Notes under the pieces: generated by a model
Databases searched by the model: none
Told to the model about the DNA's origin: nothing
What the model saw: the letters and a program-made list of their open reading frames with translations, nothing else
NCBI GenBank assembly: GCA_963726625.1
Contig: CAVSDA010000020.1
Coordinates: 3,508-67,507, forward strand
Length of the DNA: 64,000 nt
Reading direction: 5' to 3'
DNA from: an uncultured Actinomycetota bacterium
Lineage (GTDB): Bacteria; Actinomycetota; Actinomycetes; Propionibacteriales; Propionibacteriaceae
In this document: positions 18,439 to 28,999 of the stretch, one piece after another
How the letters are laid out: each line of letters begins with the position of its first letter
How positions within the stretch are numbered: position 1 is the stretch's first letter
Position numbers and translations under genes: made by a program

Positions 18439-20154
18439 ATGGAGTCAGGCGCGCCGGTCGACGCGAACCGGTCCAAGATCGTCGATCTGTCCGTCCGCAT
18501 CGTCGTCGACGTCGTCGCCGTCGCCGGCGCCGTCCTGCTCACCGTGGGCGCGGCCGGGCTGCGCGGGGTGGCCGGCGGAGTGCTGAGCGCCGCGGCTTTG
18601 GTCGGCGTCGGCTGGCTGTTGCGGCGGGAGCGCCTGCGAGGGCGCGCGCTGATCGGTGCCCTCGCGGCGTCCCGGATCGTCCCGCTCGTCGCGGTGGCGG
18701 CCGGCTACGTCGCCCGCCGACCGGATGACCGGGTCTGGGTCTGGATCGTCACCGGGGTGCTGTTGCTGGCGGTCCTCGCCGAACCCGCGTGGCGGACACT
18801 GCTGCTGCGGGCCGCGCCGGTGGCCGTCGGGCTGCCGGGGGTGCCGCAGATTCCCCGCCGGCCCTTCCCGCCGGATCTCGTCGTGCCGACACACTGGTCA
18901 CCACGGCCGGCGGTGGCGTCCTGGCCGCGCTCGGTGCGCCGGGTGGTCGTACGCGCTGGCCGCGGTGCCGGCGACCGCTCTCGCCGCGATGCTGTCCATC
19001 TACGTCGTCCGTGCGGTGCGCGTCAGCATCGCGTCCGAGGCGAAGGTCCGGCCGGCCTTGGAGCGGTACGCGCCGCAGTTCGTTCTCTACTACGCGGCCG
19101 AGCACGGCGCCCGCTACCAGCTGGGCATGTGGCTGCCCTACCTGGAGCGGCTGGGTCGGCCGTTCGTGGTCATCACGCGCAACACCTCCACCGTGGACGA
19201 CATCGTCGGCCTGACCTCCGCGCCCGTCCTGGTGCCCCGGCTCGACAGCACGCACGCGACCCTCAGCCGGCTCCTGGTCCGCTCGATGAAGGCTGCCTTC
19301 TACGTGCAGGGCCACCCGGGCAATCTCGGCCTGCAGAGCACCGAGTGGCTCACCCACGTCTGGCTCAACCACGGGGACTCCGACAAGAAGGCCAACTTCA
19401 GCGCCCAGCACGCCGCGTACGACAAGATCGTCGTGGCCGGTCAGCAGGCCGTCGACCGGTACGCCGCCCACAGGATCAAGGTCCGGCCGGACCAGTTCGT
19501 CGTCGTCGGCCGGCCCCAGGTGGAGCGCATCCTCCCCCGCGACCAGCCCCTGCCGGCGGACGCGCCGCGTACCGTGCTCTACGCCCCGACCTGGCTCGGC
19601 GGCCGGCCCGGCACCAGCTACTCCTCGCTCCACCTCGGCCCGCAGATCGTCGCCGCGCTCCTGGAGCGCGGGGCCACCGTGATCTTCCGGCCGCACCCGC
19701 TGAGCCGCCGCGAACCGGCGCACGCCGCGCTGATCACCGCGATCAGCCGGACGCTGGAGGCCGACCGCTCCGCCCACGGCCGCGGGCACGTGTGGGGTGC
19801 CCGCGCCGAGAGCGAGCGGGACGTGGCCGACTGCATCAATGCCTCCGATGCGCTGATCACCGACGTGTCCTCGGTCGCGTCGGATACCTGGCCAGCGGCA
19901 AGCCGTTGGCCATGGTGGCGATCCGGCAACGTGGCCGGGCCTTCCTCCGGGAGATCCCCATGGCCCGGGTCGCGTACGTCATCGAGAGCGATCTCTCCAC
20001 CCTGCCCGACGCGCTGGACGGGCTGCTGGGAGCCGACCCGCTCGCCGACTCCCGGCTCGCCTACCGGACCCGCTGCCTCGGCGACGCGCTAGGACCGCAT
20101 GCCGCGGATCAGTTCCTCCGGGCCGCGCGCGACCTCCTCGACGGCGCCCGTTAG
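18439..20154 (+). CDS. CDP-glycerol glycerophosphotransferase (TagF-like) with N-terminal TM helices (frameshifts about 18900-18940 and 19885)
   Basis: YQLGMW.PYLE, HGDSDK, LYAPTW, FRPHP and LITDVSSV motifs. Confidence 0.8.
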   Translation: MESGAPVDANRSKIVDLSVRIVVDVVAVAGAVLLTVGAAGLRGVAGGVLSAAALVGVGWLLRRERLRGRALIGALAASRIVPLVAVAAGYVARRPDDRVWVWIVTGVLLLAVLAEPAWRTLLLRAAPVAVGLPGVPQIPRRPFPPDLVVPTHWSPRPAVASWPRSVRRVVVRAGRGAGDRSRRDAVHLRRPCGARQHRVRGEGPAGLGAVRAAVRSLLRGRARRPLPAGHVAALPGAAGSAVRGHHAQHLHRGRHRRPDLRARPGAPARQHARDPQPAPGPLDEGCLLRAGPPGQSRPAEHRVAHPRLAQPRGLRQEGQLQRPARRVRQDRRGRSAGRRPVRRPQDQGPAGPVRRRRPAPGGAHPPPRPAPAGGRAAYRALRPDLARRPARHQLLLAPPRPADRRRAPGARGHRDLPAAPAEPPRTGARRADHRDQPDAGGRPLRPRPRARVGCPRRERAGRGRLHQCLRCADHRRVLGRVGYLASGKPLAMVAIRQRGRAFLREIPMARVAYVIESDLSTLPDALDGLLGADPLADSRLAYRTRCLGDALGPHAADQFLRAARDLLDGAR

Positions 20155-20168
20155 GGGTCTCTGCTCAC

Positions 20169-20223
20169 CAAGTGTGGGGTTGGGACAGTCCCAGGCCCAA
20201 AAACCTGCCCCAACCCCACATTG
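20169..20223. repeat. REP-like intergenic hairpin, copy 1
   Basis: TGTGGGGTTGGG...CCCAACCCCACA inverted repeat; related copy at 28902-28958. Confidence 0.75.
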
Positions 20224-20248
20224 CTGCGGTCAGCGCCGTCACGGCCCC

Positions 20249-20314
20249 TTGACGACGTGTGGCCCGCACCACTAGATTCCACTCCCAATGGAATCTGGTT
20301 TCCATAATGCGGAA
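20249..20314 (+). promoter_or_regulatory. Promoter with two TTCC...GGAA operator-like sites
   Basis: TTGACG-18-TAGATT; TTCC-N9-GGAA at 20277-20293 and TTCC-N7-GGAA at 20300-20314. Confidence 0.7.
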
Positions 20315-20328
20315 TCGAGGCTAATGCG

Positions 20329-22257
20329 ATGACCACCACCGCTCCCCAGGCCCCCGTTCGAGCCAGCGTCAAGCACCCGGTCGATCAGGTGCTTCCGCCG
20401 CCGAAACTCCTGGTCTACGGGTTCCAGCACGTGCTCGCCTTCTACGCCGGAGCGGTCATCGTGCCGATCCTGCTCGCGGGCGCGATCGGGCTCACCGACG
20501 AGCAACTCGTCCACCTGATCAACGCCGATCTGTTCACCTGCGGCATCGCCTCGATCATCCAGGCCAAGGGCTTCTGGAAGATCGGCGTCCGGCTGCCGCT
20601 GCTGCAGGGCGTCACCTTCACCGCGGTGTCCCCGATGATCGCCATCGGGCTGGCCTCCGGCGGGGGCGCCGCCGGCCTGGTCACCATCTACGGCGCGGTC
20701 ATCGTGGCCGGGCTGTTCACCTTCTTCATGGCGCCGTTCTTCGGCCGGTTGATCCGGTTCTTCCCGCCCGTGGTCACCGGCTCGGTGATCGCCATCATCG
20801 GCATCTCGCTGCTCCCCGTCGCGGCCAACGACGCGGTCCGCGACGGCATCCCCGGCGGTCCGGTGAGCGGCAAGGGGCTGGCGTACGCGCTGTTCACCCT
20901 CGCGGTGATCGTGGTGATCCAGCGGGTGTTCAAGGGGTTCATGGCCACCGTCGCCGTGCTCGCCGGCCTGGTCATCGGCACCATTGCGGCCACCGTCCTG
21001 GGCGACGCCGACTTCTCCCAGGTGGGCCAGTCGGACTGGGTGGGGCTGACCACGCCGTTCTACTTCGGGATCCCGAAGTTCTCCCTCACCGCCATCATCT
21101 CGATGATCGTGGTCATGCTGATCACCGCGGTGGAGACCACCGGTGACGTGTTCGCCACCGGCGAGATCGTGGAGAAGAAGGTCGGCCAGGCCGACGTCAC
21201 CAGGGCTCTGCGCGCCGACGGCCTGGCCACTTTCCTGGGCGGCGTCTTCAACTCCTTCCCCTACACCTGCTTCGCGGAGAACGTGGGCCTGGTCCGGCTG
21301 ACCGCGATCAAGAGCCGCTGGGTCGTGGTCTCGGCCGGCGCCATCATGATCGTCATCGGGCTGATCCCGAAGGCGGGTGCGGTGGCGGCAAGCATCCCGC
21401 ACGCCGTGCTGGGCGGGGCCGCGCTGGCGATGTTCGCCACGGTCGCCGTGGTCGGCTTCCAGATGCTCGGCAAGGTCGACTTCAACGACCATCGCAACGT
21501 GGTCATCGTGGCGACCTCGGTCGGCCTGGCCATGCTGGTCACCGTCACCCCGAACCTGTTCGAGGTGGTGCCCGGCGGGCGCTGGAGCGCGATGATCTTC
21601 AACTCCGGCATCACCCTCGGCAGCATCACCGCGATCGGGCTCAATCTGGTGTTCTTCCACGTCGGCAAGAGCTTCGGCCCGGCCGTCGCCGGCCAGCCCG
21701 GCAGCCTGGTCCGGCTGGACCAGGTGAACGCGATGAGCCTCGAGCAGTTCAGCAACACCTTCGCCGGCCTGTTCCAGAACGTGCCGTGGGCGGTCGAACG
21801 GGCGTACCAGCGCCGGCCGTTCAGCGACACCGAGGATCTGCGGGCGGCGTTCCAGGAGGCGATGTTCGGCGCCACCCCGGAGGAGCAGATGGAGTTGCTG
21901 CACTCCTACCCCGACCTCGGCGCCGCCAGCTTGAGCCAGGCCGAGTCGCATCGCGACCAGTCCGCTCTCGGGCTGAACCAGATGCACGACGAGGACTACG
22001 CGGAGTTCACCGCGCTCAACGCCGCCTACCGGGACAAGTTCGGTTTCCCGTACGTGGCCGCGGTGCGCAGCGCCGGCAGCCGGACCGAGCTGATCGACGG
22101 CGGCCGCGCCCGGCTGCAGCACTCCCCCAGCCACGAACGGGCCACCGCGCTGATCGAGGTCGGCAAGATCGTCAACCACCGATTCGACGATCTGGTCGCC
22201 GGCGCGAATCCGATCCACACCTCGCGTACCGCCGGGCTGAACAAGCTGAAACACTGA
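20329..22257 (+). CDS. NCS2 xanthine/urate-type permease fused to a C-terminal OHCU-decarboxylase (UraD)-like domain
   Basis: QHVLAFY and FAENVGLVRLT NCS2 motifs; UraD-like motifs PW.VERA...RPF, YPDLG and LN.AY..KFGFPY from about 21709. Confidence 0.9.
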   Translation: MTTTAPQAPVRASVKHPVDQVLPPPKLLVYGFQHVLAFYAGAVIVPILLAGAIGLTDEQLVHLINADLFTCGIASIIQAKGFWKIGVRLPLLQGVTFTAVSPMIAIGLASGGGAAGLVTIYGAVIVAGLFTFFMAPFFGRLIRFFPPVVTGSVIAIIGISLLPVAANDAVRDGIPGGPVSGKGLAYALFTLAVIVVIQRVFKGFMATVAVLAGLVIGTIAATVLGDADFSQVGQSDWVGLTTPFYFGIPKFSLTAIISMIVVMLITAVETTGDVFATGEIVEKKVGQADVTRALRADGLATFLGGVFNSFPYTCFAENVGLVRLTAIKSRWVVVSAGAIMIVIGLIPKAGAVAASIPHAVLGGAALAMFATVAVVGFQMLGKVDFNDHRNVVIVATSVGLAMLVTVTPNLFEVVPGGRWSAMIFNSGITLGSITAIGLNLVFFHVGKSFGPAVAGQPGSLVRLDQVNAMSLEQFSNTFAGLFQNVPWAVERAYQRRPFSDTEDLRAAFQEAMFGATPEEQMELLHSYPDLGAASLSQAESHRDQSALGLNQMHDEDYAEFTALNAAYRDKFGFPYVAAVRSAGSRTELIDGGRARLQHSPSHERATALIEVGKIVNHRFDDLVAGANPIHTSRTAGLNKLKH

Positions 22258-22320
22258 GGTTCTGGCTGATCAGCGCCGCTTCGCCGAGCCTTCGACCGCG
22301 TCCTGCGAAAGGAAGTTGAC

Positions 22321-22398
22321 ATGGCCATCGAGCTCGGGGCCCACCGCTACGGCATGGCCGAGAACCGGGTGGGGCGGCTCAGGAAGGCCCGCCGGTGA
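22321..22398 (+). pseudogene. 25-codon relic of the uricase (PucL-type) N-terminus
   Basis: AAAGGAAG RBS then MAIELGAHRYGMAENRVGRLRKARR*, matching the uricase start pattern LG.N.YGKAE.R. Confidence 0.65.
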
Positions 22399-23812
22399 CC
22401 ACCACCACGTCATCGAGAACGCTCACGTGCTGACCAACGACGGCGCCCGCTCGGAGCACTCCAGCGGCCACGTCGTCGTCCAGGACAACACGATCGTGGC
22501 CGTCGGCCCGGGCCCGGCCCCGGACGGCCACTCGGGTCGGCGGGTGGACGGCACCGGTTGCCTGGTCACGCCCGGCTTCGTGAACACCCACCACCACCTC
22601 TACCAGTGGGTGACCAGGGGCTTCGCCGTCGACGGCACCCTGTTCGAGTGGCTGAGCACGCTCTACCCGATCTGGGGCCGACTGGACGCCGACATCACCC
22701 GCACCGCGGCGACCGGCGCGCTGGCGACCCTGGCCCTGACCGGCTGCACCACCTCGACCGACCACCACTACGTGTTCCCGCACGCCGGTGCGGCAGGCTC
22801 GGATCGTGTCGGGGGCGTCGATCCCCACCGGGCCGCAGCCCCGGGCGAGGACCTGCTCGCCGCCGTGATCGAGGCAGCGCGAACGGTCGGCCTGCGCTTC
22901 CACCCCACCCGCGGCTCGATGGATCTGGGGCAGAGCCGCGGCGGCCTGCCGCCGGACCACGTGGTCGAGGACATCGACACGATCCTGGCCGCGTCCGAGG
23001 CCGCCATCAGCGCCTACCACGACCCGGGTTTCGACTCGATGCTGCGGATCGCGCTGGCCCCCTGCTCGCCGTTCTCGGTCACCGGGGAGCTGCTCCAGGC
23101 CTCCGCCGAGCTGGCTCGCCGCCACGGCGTACGGCTGCACACCCACCTGTGCGAGACCCTCGACGAGCAGGACTACTGCCGCGAGCACTTCAACGCCACC
23201 CCGGTGGAGTACATGGAGAGCCTCGGCTGGCTCGGGCCCGACGTCTGGTACGCGCATGCCGTCTGGCTGGACGACGCCTCGATCGCCAAGATGGCCGCGA
23301 CCGGCACCAGCGCCGCCCACTGCCCGTCCTCCAACGCCCGGCTCGGGTCGGGCATCGCCCGGGTGCGGGACATGCGCGACGCGGGCATCGCCGTCGGGCT
23401 CGGGGTGGACGGAGCGGCGTCCAACGAGTACTGCTCGCTGTGGGAGGAGGTGCGGCACGCGGTGCTCTTCGCCCGCGCCAAGGGCGGCCCGCAGGCCCTC
23501 ACCGTCCGGGACGCGGTCGACATGGCCACGATGGGCGGGGCCCGGGTTCTCGGCCGACAGGACGAGATCGGCTCACTGGAGGTGGGCAAGCTGGCCGACC
23601 TGGCCGTGTGGCGGCTGGACACCCTGGCCCACGTCGATGTGGCCGACCCGGTCGCGGCGCTGGTGCTCGGCGCGCGACCGCCACTGCACCTGCTGCTGGT
23701 GAACGGGGTCCCCGTGGTCGAGGCCGACCGCCTGCTGAGCGTCGACACCGACGGACTGGCCCACGAGGTCGACCGGGCGAGCAAGCGACTCCTGGCCCGA
23801 GCGGGTCGCTGA
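22395..23812 (+). CDS. 8-oxoguanine deaminase-like amidohydrolase (GTG at 22395 is 1 nt out of frame, probable indel)
   Basis: NTHHHLYQ, RFHPTRGSM, ALAPCSPFSV, HTHLCE, HCPSSN and GVDG motifs. Confidence 0.88.
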
Positions 23813-23844
23813 GACGGGTCTGTCGGGGCTGACAGGCTGGCCCC

Positions 23845-24786
23845 ATGCTGCACGTACGCGTGATCGCCCCGCCCGATCTCACCGACGCCACGCTGGACCT
23901 GCTGGAGACCAGCCCCGCCGTCACCCACCTGTGCGTCACCGTCGGTGCGGCCCGCAAGCCCGCCGGGGACGTGATCAGCTGCGACGTCGCCCGGGAGGGC
24001 GCGACCGCGGTGATCGAGGCGCTCCGCGACCGCGGCCTGGAGGATCGCGGGGCCATCGTCGTGGAGGAGTTGGACATCACCCTGTCCCGCTCGGCCGAGC
24101 AGGCCGAGCGGGATGCTCCCGGTGGCCCCGCGGACGCCCTGGTCTGGGAGAAGCTCCAGCAGAGCGCGGGCGAGGAGACCGAGCTGTCGGTGACCTACCT
24201 GGCCTTCATGGTGGTCGCCGGACTGATCGCGAGCGTCGGCGTCCTGCTCGACCAGCCCATCCTGATCATCGGCGCCATGGTCGTCGGCCCGGAGTTCGGA
24301 CCCCTGGTCGCGCTGTGCGTCGGCCTCGTCAGCCGCCGGCCGCGGCAGGCCGCCAACGCGCTGGGCACCCTGCTGCTCGGCTTCGCGGTGGGGATCGCCG
24401 CATCGGTCGGCTTCACCCTGGTGCTGACCGCGGCGGGGCTGTTCACCGAGTCGATGCTGGTCGCCGAACGGCCGCTGACCAGCTTCATCTGGCAGCCGGA
24501 CGCGCTGTCGTGGATCATCGGGTTCCTCGCCGGGATCGCCGGCATGCTGTCCCTCACCTCGGCGAAGTCCGGTGCCCTGGTCGGGGTGCTGATCTCGGTG
24601 ACGACCATCCCGGCCGCGGCGAACGCCGCCGTCGCCCTGGCCTACGGGGTGGGCGAGGAGGCCCGGGGCTCCGGCCTGCAACTGCTGATCAACCTGCTCG
24701 CCATCGTCGTCGGCGGCACGGCCACCCTCGGCATCCAGAAGGCCCGGCAGGACCGGCTGATCCGCCGCGGAGCGCCTACTTCTTGA
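23845..24786 (+). CDS. DUF389 domain membrane protein
   Basis: [13 protein letters not shown] and [12 protein letters not shown] motifs. Confidence 0.85.
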   Translation: MLHVRVIAPPDLTDATLDLLETSPAVTHLCVTVGAARKPAGDVISCDVAREGATAVIEALRDRGLEDRGAIVVEELDITLSRSAEQAERDAPGGPADALVWEKLQQSAGEETELSVTYLAFMVVAGLIASVGVLLDQPILIIGAMVVGPEFGPLVALCVGLVSRRPRQAANALGTLLLGFAVGIAASVGFTLVLTAAGLFTESMLVAERPLTSFIWQPDALSWIIGFLAGIAGMLSLTSAKSGALVGVLISVTTIPAAANAAVALAYGVGEEARGSGLQLLINLLAIVVGGTATLGIQKARQDRLIRRGAPTS

Positions 24787-26272
24787 TCCGCCAGGCCCGC
24801 TCGAACGGCAGTCGCCAGGCGTGCGGAGCGATCAGTTGGTGGATGGCGTTCGGCCCCCACGACCCCGGCGCGTACGGCTTGACCGGGGGTGGGTTGCGCA
24901 GCAGATCCTCCGAGCGGTCCCACAGGCTCTCGATGCCCTCAGCGGTGGTGAACAGCGTGTGGTCGTCCCGCATGGCGTCCATGATGAGCCGCTCGTACGC
25001 CTCGAGGATGTCACCGACCCGGTCGGTCTCCTGGGTCGAGAACTGCATGCTCAGCTTGTCCAGCTTCATGCCCGGCCCGGGTCGCTTGCCGTAGAAGGAC
25101 AGCGACACCTTGGACTCATCGGCAAGATCAAAAGTGAGATGGTCCGGACCGGACGAGCCGACCCCCGATCCAGCCGGGAACATGCTCTTCGGCGCCTCTT
25201 TGAACGCGATCGAGATGATCCGCTGGCCCTCAGCCATCCGCTTGCCGGTCCGGCAGTAGAAAGGTACTCCGGCCCATCGCCAGTTGTCGATACCGCATTT
25301 GAGCGCGATGAAGGTCTCGGTGTCGGAGTCCCGGGCGACCCCTTCCTCGTCCCGGTAGCCGCTGTACTGACCCCGTACGACGTCGTTCGGGTCGATCGGC
25401 AGCATCGACCGGAAGACCTTGTTCTTCTCCTCGCTGATGGCCCGCGGTTCCAGTGCGGTGGGCGGTTCCATCGCCACGAACGCGAGCACCTGGAAGAGGT
25501 GGGTGACCACCATGTCCTTGTAGGCGCCGGTCACCTCGTAGAAGTTCGCTCGCCGGTCCAGGCCCAGGGTCTCGGGGATGTCGATCTGGATGTGATCGAT
25601 GAAGTTCCGGTTCCAGATGGGCTCGAAGAGCCCGTTGGCGAAACGGAAGGCCAGGATGTTCTGCGCCGCCTCCTTGCCCAGGAAGTGGTCGATCCGGAAG
25701 ATCTGCCGCTCGCGGAACGTCTCGTGCACCTTGTCGTTGAGCTGGATCGCGCTCTGCAGGTCGGTGCCGAACGGCTTCTCCATCACCACTCGCGAACGCT
25801 CGACCAGGTCGGCCTCGCGCAGGGTGTTGATCACCGCCGGCGCTGCGGCGGGAGGAACGCTCATGTAGTGCAGCCGGCCCACCGGTCCGCCGAGCTTCTC
25901 CTCCGCGATCCGCACCGCCTCCTTCAGCCCGGCCGCCCCGGCCGACTGCGGCACGTAGGTGAGCCGCTCGGCGAAGGAGTGCCACTGGTCCTTGGTCAGG
26001 GGGTGGTGGCTGAACTCGTTCACCGCCTGCTGGGCGAACGTGCGGAACGACTCCTCGGTGTAGTCCTCCAGCGAGGTGCCGATCACCTGGATGTCCGGCG
26101 CCAGCGCGGACAGCGCCAGGTGTGCCAGGCCGGGGATGAGCTTGCGCCGCGACAGGTCGCCCGTCGCGCCGAAGAGCACGATCACGTGCGGGGGAATGAT
26201 GTCCACGCCCCTGCGACTGTGCCGCGCTCCGGGCGCCGGATACGCGATGGTCTGAGCATGGGCCTCGGTCAC
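24776..26272 (-). CDS. zwf: Glucose-6-phosphate 1-dehydrogenase
   Basis: [20 protein letters not shown] and [12 protein letters not shown] motifs; GTG start inferred. Confidence 0.95.
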   Translation of the reverse strand: MTEAHAQTIAYPAPGARHSRRGVDIIPPHVIVLFGATGDLSRRKLIPGLAHLALSALAPDIQVIGTSLEDYTEESFRTFAQQAVNEFSHHPLTKDQWHSFAERLTYVPQSAGAAGLKEAVRIAEEKLGGPVGRLHYMSVPPAAAPAVINTLREADLVERSRVVMEKPFGTDLQSAIQLNDKVHETFRERQIFRIDHFLGKEAAQNILAFRFANGLFEPIWNRNFIDHIQIDIPETLGLDRRANFYEVTGAYKDMVVTHLFQVLAFVAMEPPTALEPRAISEEKNKVFRSMLPIDPNDVVRGQYSGYRDEEGVARDSDTETFIALKCGIDNWRWAGVPFYCRTGKRMAEGQRIISIAFKEAPKSMFPAGSGVGSSGPDHLTFDLADESKVSLSFYGKRPGPGMKLDKLSMQFSTQETDRVGDILEAYERLIMDAMRDDHTLFTTAEGIESLWDRSEDLLRNPPPVKPYAPGSWGPNAIHQLIAPHAWRLPFERAWRIKK

Positions 26273-26382
26273 GGGCCTGATACTTTCACCCGCCGCTCGC
26301 GGACAACAAGGGTCGGTCCCATTGATCAACAGTGGGTGATCGACCGGGCGGTCCTGCCCGGTTGGCTGCGCTGCCGGTCGAC

Positions 26383-26418
26383 TTCCGCAGAACAGAAGAT
26401 TGATTCCATTGGTCGGAA
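26383..26418 (+). promoter_or_regulatory. Tandem TTCC-N7-(A/G)GAA operator-like sites upstream of allB
   Basis: TTCCGCAGAACAGAA at 26383-26397 and TTCCATTGGTCGGAA at 26404-26418. Confidence 0.65.
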
Positions 26419-26477
26419 GTTCGCGTGACGGGGACCCGCGCGCGCCCGGCACGGACGACCGGGAAAGAATGGGCGGC

Positions 26478-27813
26478 ATGGCGCGCGAGTTGATCATCCG
26501 GGGCTGGGTCCTGACCGAGGCCGGCGTGGCGCCTCAGTCGGTGCTGATCTCCGACGGGCGGGTCCAGGCTCTGGAGGCCTTCGACTGGGCCGGCCACGAC
26601 GGTGCCGAGGTTCTCGGTCTGGCCGACGACGAGATCCTCATTCCCGGTCTGGTGGACAGCCACGTGCACGTCAACGAACCGGGGCGTACGGAGTGGGAGG
26701 GCTTCTCCTCGGCCACCGCCGCGGCCGCCGCGGGTGGGGTGACCACGATCCTCGACATGCCGCTCAACTCCATCCCGGCGACCACCAGTGTCGAGGCGCT
26801 GGCCACCAAGCGGGCGGCCGCCGAGGGCCGGTGTGCGGTCGACGTCGGCTTCTGGGGCGGCGCCGTACCGGAGAGCCTCGGCCACCTGGCCGAGCTGGCC
26901 GAGGCGGGCGTCGTCGGCTTCAAGTGCTTCCTGCTCGACTCCGGCGTACCGGAGTTCCCTCCGCTGTCGGCCGACCAACTCCTGGCCGCGATGACCGAGA
27001 TCGCGGCCTTCGACGGGCTGCTGATCGTGCACGCGGAGGATCCGCAGGTGATCGCCCGGCACGCGCAGGCGCACACGGTGCACTACCAGGAGTTCCTGGA
27101 GTCGCGGCCGCCGGCCGCGGAAACGACCGCGATCGAGACGGTGATCGGCGCCGCGAAACAGACCGGCTGCCGGACCCACATCGTGCACCTGTCCAGCGCG
27201 GAGGCCCTGCCGGCGATCATCGCGGCCCGGGCGGACGGCGTACGGCTCACGGTGGAGACCTGCCCGCACTACCTGACCCTGGCGGCGGAGGACATCGCCG
27301 ACGGGCAGACGCAGTTCAAGTGCTGCCCGCCGGTACGGGAGTCCGCGAACCGCGACCTGCTCTGGCAGGCGCTGGGCGGACGGGGTGATCGACCTGGTGG
27401 TCTCGGACCATTCGCCGTCGACGGTGGACCTCAAGCTGCTCGACGAGGGCGACTTCGGTGCCGCCTGGGGCGGCATCTCCTCCCTGCAGCTCGGGCTGTC
27501 CCTGATCTGGACCGAGGCGCGCCGGCGCGGTTTCGACCTCGACCACGTGGTCGGCTGGATGGCCGCGCGCCCGGCCGAGCTCGTCCGGTTGCCCGGGAAG
27601 GGCCGGATCGCCGTCGGCTGTGCGGCGGATCTGGCGGTGTTCGCCCCCGAGGAGTCGTGGACGGTGGACGCGGCGGCTCTGCGGCACCGCAACCCGGTCA
27701 CCCCGTACGACGGGCGCACGCTCGACGGCCTCGTCCGCGCCACGTACCTGCGCGGCGAGCGGATCGACCTGGCGGGTCCGGCGCGGGGCCGCCTCCTGGC
27801 TGGGGGGCGCTGA
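26478..27813 (+). CDS. allB: Allantoinase (frameshift about 27380)
   Basis: [29 protein letters not shown] and ETCPHY motifs; SDHSP in the next frame. Confidence 0.92.
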
Positions 27814-28882
27814 CATCGTCGCCTTCACCGCCTACCCCGACCTGGCCTCCCGCGACCTCGCCGGCAGCGTGGTCAGCGCCAACGACGAGCTCTTCGCCCC
27901 CCGCCAGAACCTGATCATGCCCAAGGCCGCGGTGCACGCGGTGGAGGACTTCGGCCACACCGGGAAGGTCTACGACGGCTGGGAGACCCGGCGGCGCCGC
28001 GAGCCCGGCTCGGACTGGGCCGTCGTACGGCTCGGCGTGCCCGGCATCCTGCACGGCGTGGTCGTGGACACCGCCTACTTCAAGGGAAACTTCCCTCCCC
28101 ACATCTCGGTGGAGGCAACCTCGGTCGAGGGGTATCCGGAGCCCGCGGTGCTGGAGCGCGTTCCCTGGATCACGGTGGTCGACAAGGCGCCGTGCCGCGG
28201 CGACACGGAGAACTACTACGCGATCGACAATCCGTTGCGCTGGACCCACGTCCGGCTGACCATCTATCCCGACGGCGGGGTGGCGCGCTTCCGGGTGCAC
28301 GGCGAGGTGGTGCCCGATCCGCGCTTCCTGACCACGACCGTCGACCTGCTGGCCCAGGAGAACGGCGGGCGGCTGGTGGACACCTCCGACGCGTTCTACT
28401 CCTCACCGGTCAACCTGATCCTGGGCGGGCGGGCCCGGATCATGGGCGAGGGCTGGGAGAACGCGCGGCGCCGCGGCCCCGGCAACGACTGGGCGGTGTT
28501 CGCCCTGGGTGCGCGGGGGGAGCCGACGATGATCGAGGTGGACACCTCCTACTTCATCGGCAACGCGCCCGGGCAGGTGCGGGTCAGCGTCGCAGACACC
28601 GCCTCGGGGGACCTCGACGATCCCGCGGCCTGGTGGGACGTGGTGCCGCGGACGCCGGTGCAGGTCGACACCCGGCACCGCTTCCTGGTCGGCACCCGCC
28701 GGTCCGCCACCCACCTGCGGCTCGACGTCTACCCCGACGGCGGACTCACCCGGCTGCGCTGTTTCGGCGACCTCTCCGAGCAGGTGCGGCAGGAGCTGTA
28801 CGCGCGGTTCCGGGACCTGCTGCCGGCCGAGCACCAGCAGTTCCTGGAGACGCCGCCCGAGCCACCGACCCACCGGGCCTGA
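27800..28882 (+). CDS. alc: Allantoicase (start codon unclear)
   Basis: Two repeats: [19 protein letters not shown] and [19 protein letters not shown]. Confidence 0.93.
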   Translation: MGGADIVAFTAYPDLASRDLAGSVVSANDELFAPRQNLIMPKAAVHAVEDFGHTGKVYDGWETRRRREPGSDWAVVRLGVPGILHGVVVDTAYFKGNFPPHISVEATSVEGYPEPAVLERVPWITVVDKAPCRGDTENYYAIDNPLRWTHVRLTIYPDGGVARFRVHGEVVPDPRFLTTTVDLLAQENGGRLVDTSDAFYSSPVNLILGGRARIMGEGWENARRRGPGNDWAVFALGARGEPTMIEVDTSYFIGNAPGQVRVSVADTASGDLDDPAAWWDVVPRTPVQVDTRHRFLVGTRRSATHLRLDVYPDGGLTRLRCFGDLSEQVRQELYARFRDLLPAEHQQFLETPPEPPTHRA

Positions 28883-28901
28883 GACCCGCCGCCCAGGTGC
28901 A

Positions 28902-28958
28902 CAACTGTGGACTTGGTGCAGTTCTCCGGCCGAAAAACGTGCCCCAACCCCACGGTTG
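28902..28958. repeat. REP-like intergenic hairpin, copy 2
   Basis: CAACTGTGG...CCACGGTTG; shares AAAAACNTGCCCCAACCCCAC with copy 1. Confidence 0.7.
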
Positions 28959-28999
28959 CTGCTGCAGCCTCGTGAAAGAGTTGTTGATCTAGGAGGAGC

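Noticed and set aside
16546-20154. 1202-aa ORF, and other long ORFs such as 48915-51383, 20272-22254 and 24821-26428
   Set aside because: Antisense shadows of real genes in high-GC DNA; only parts of 18439-20154 are genuinely coding
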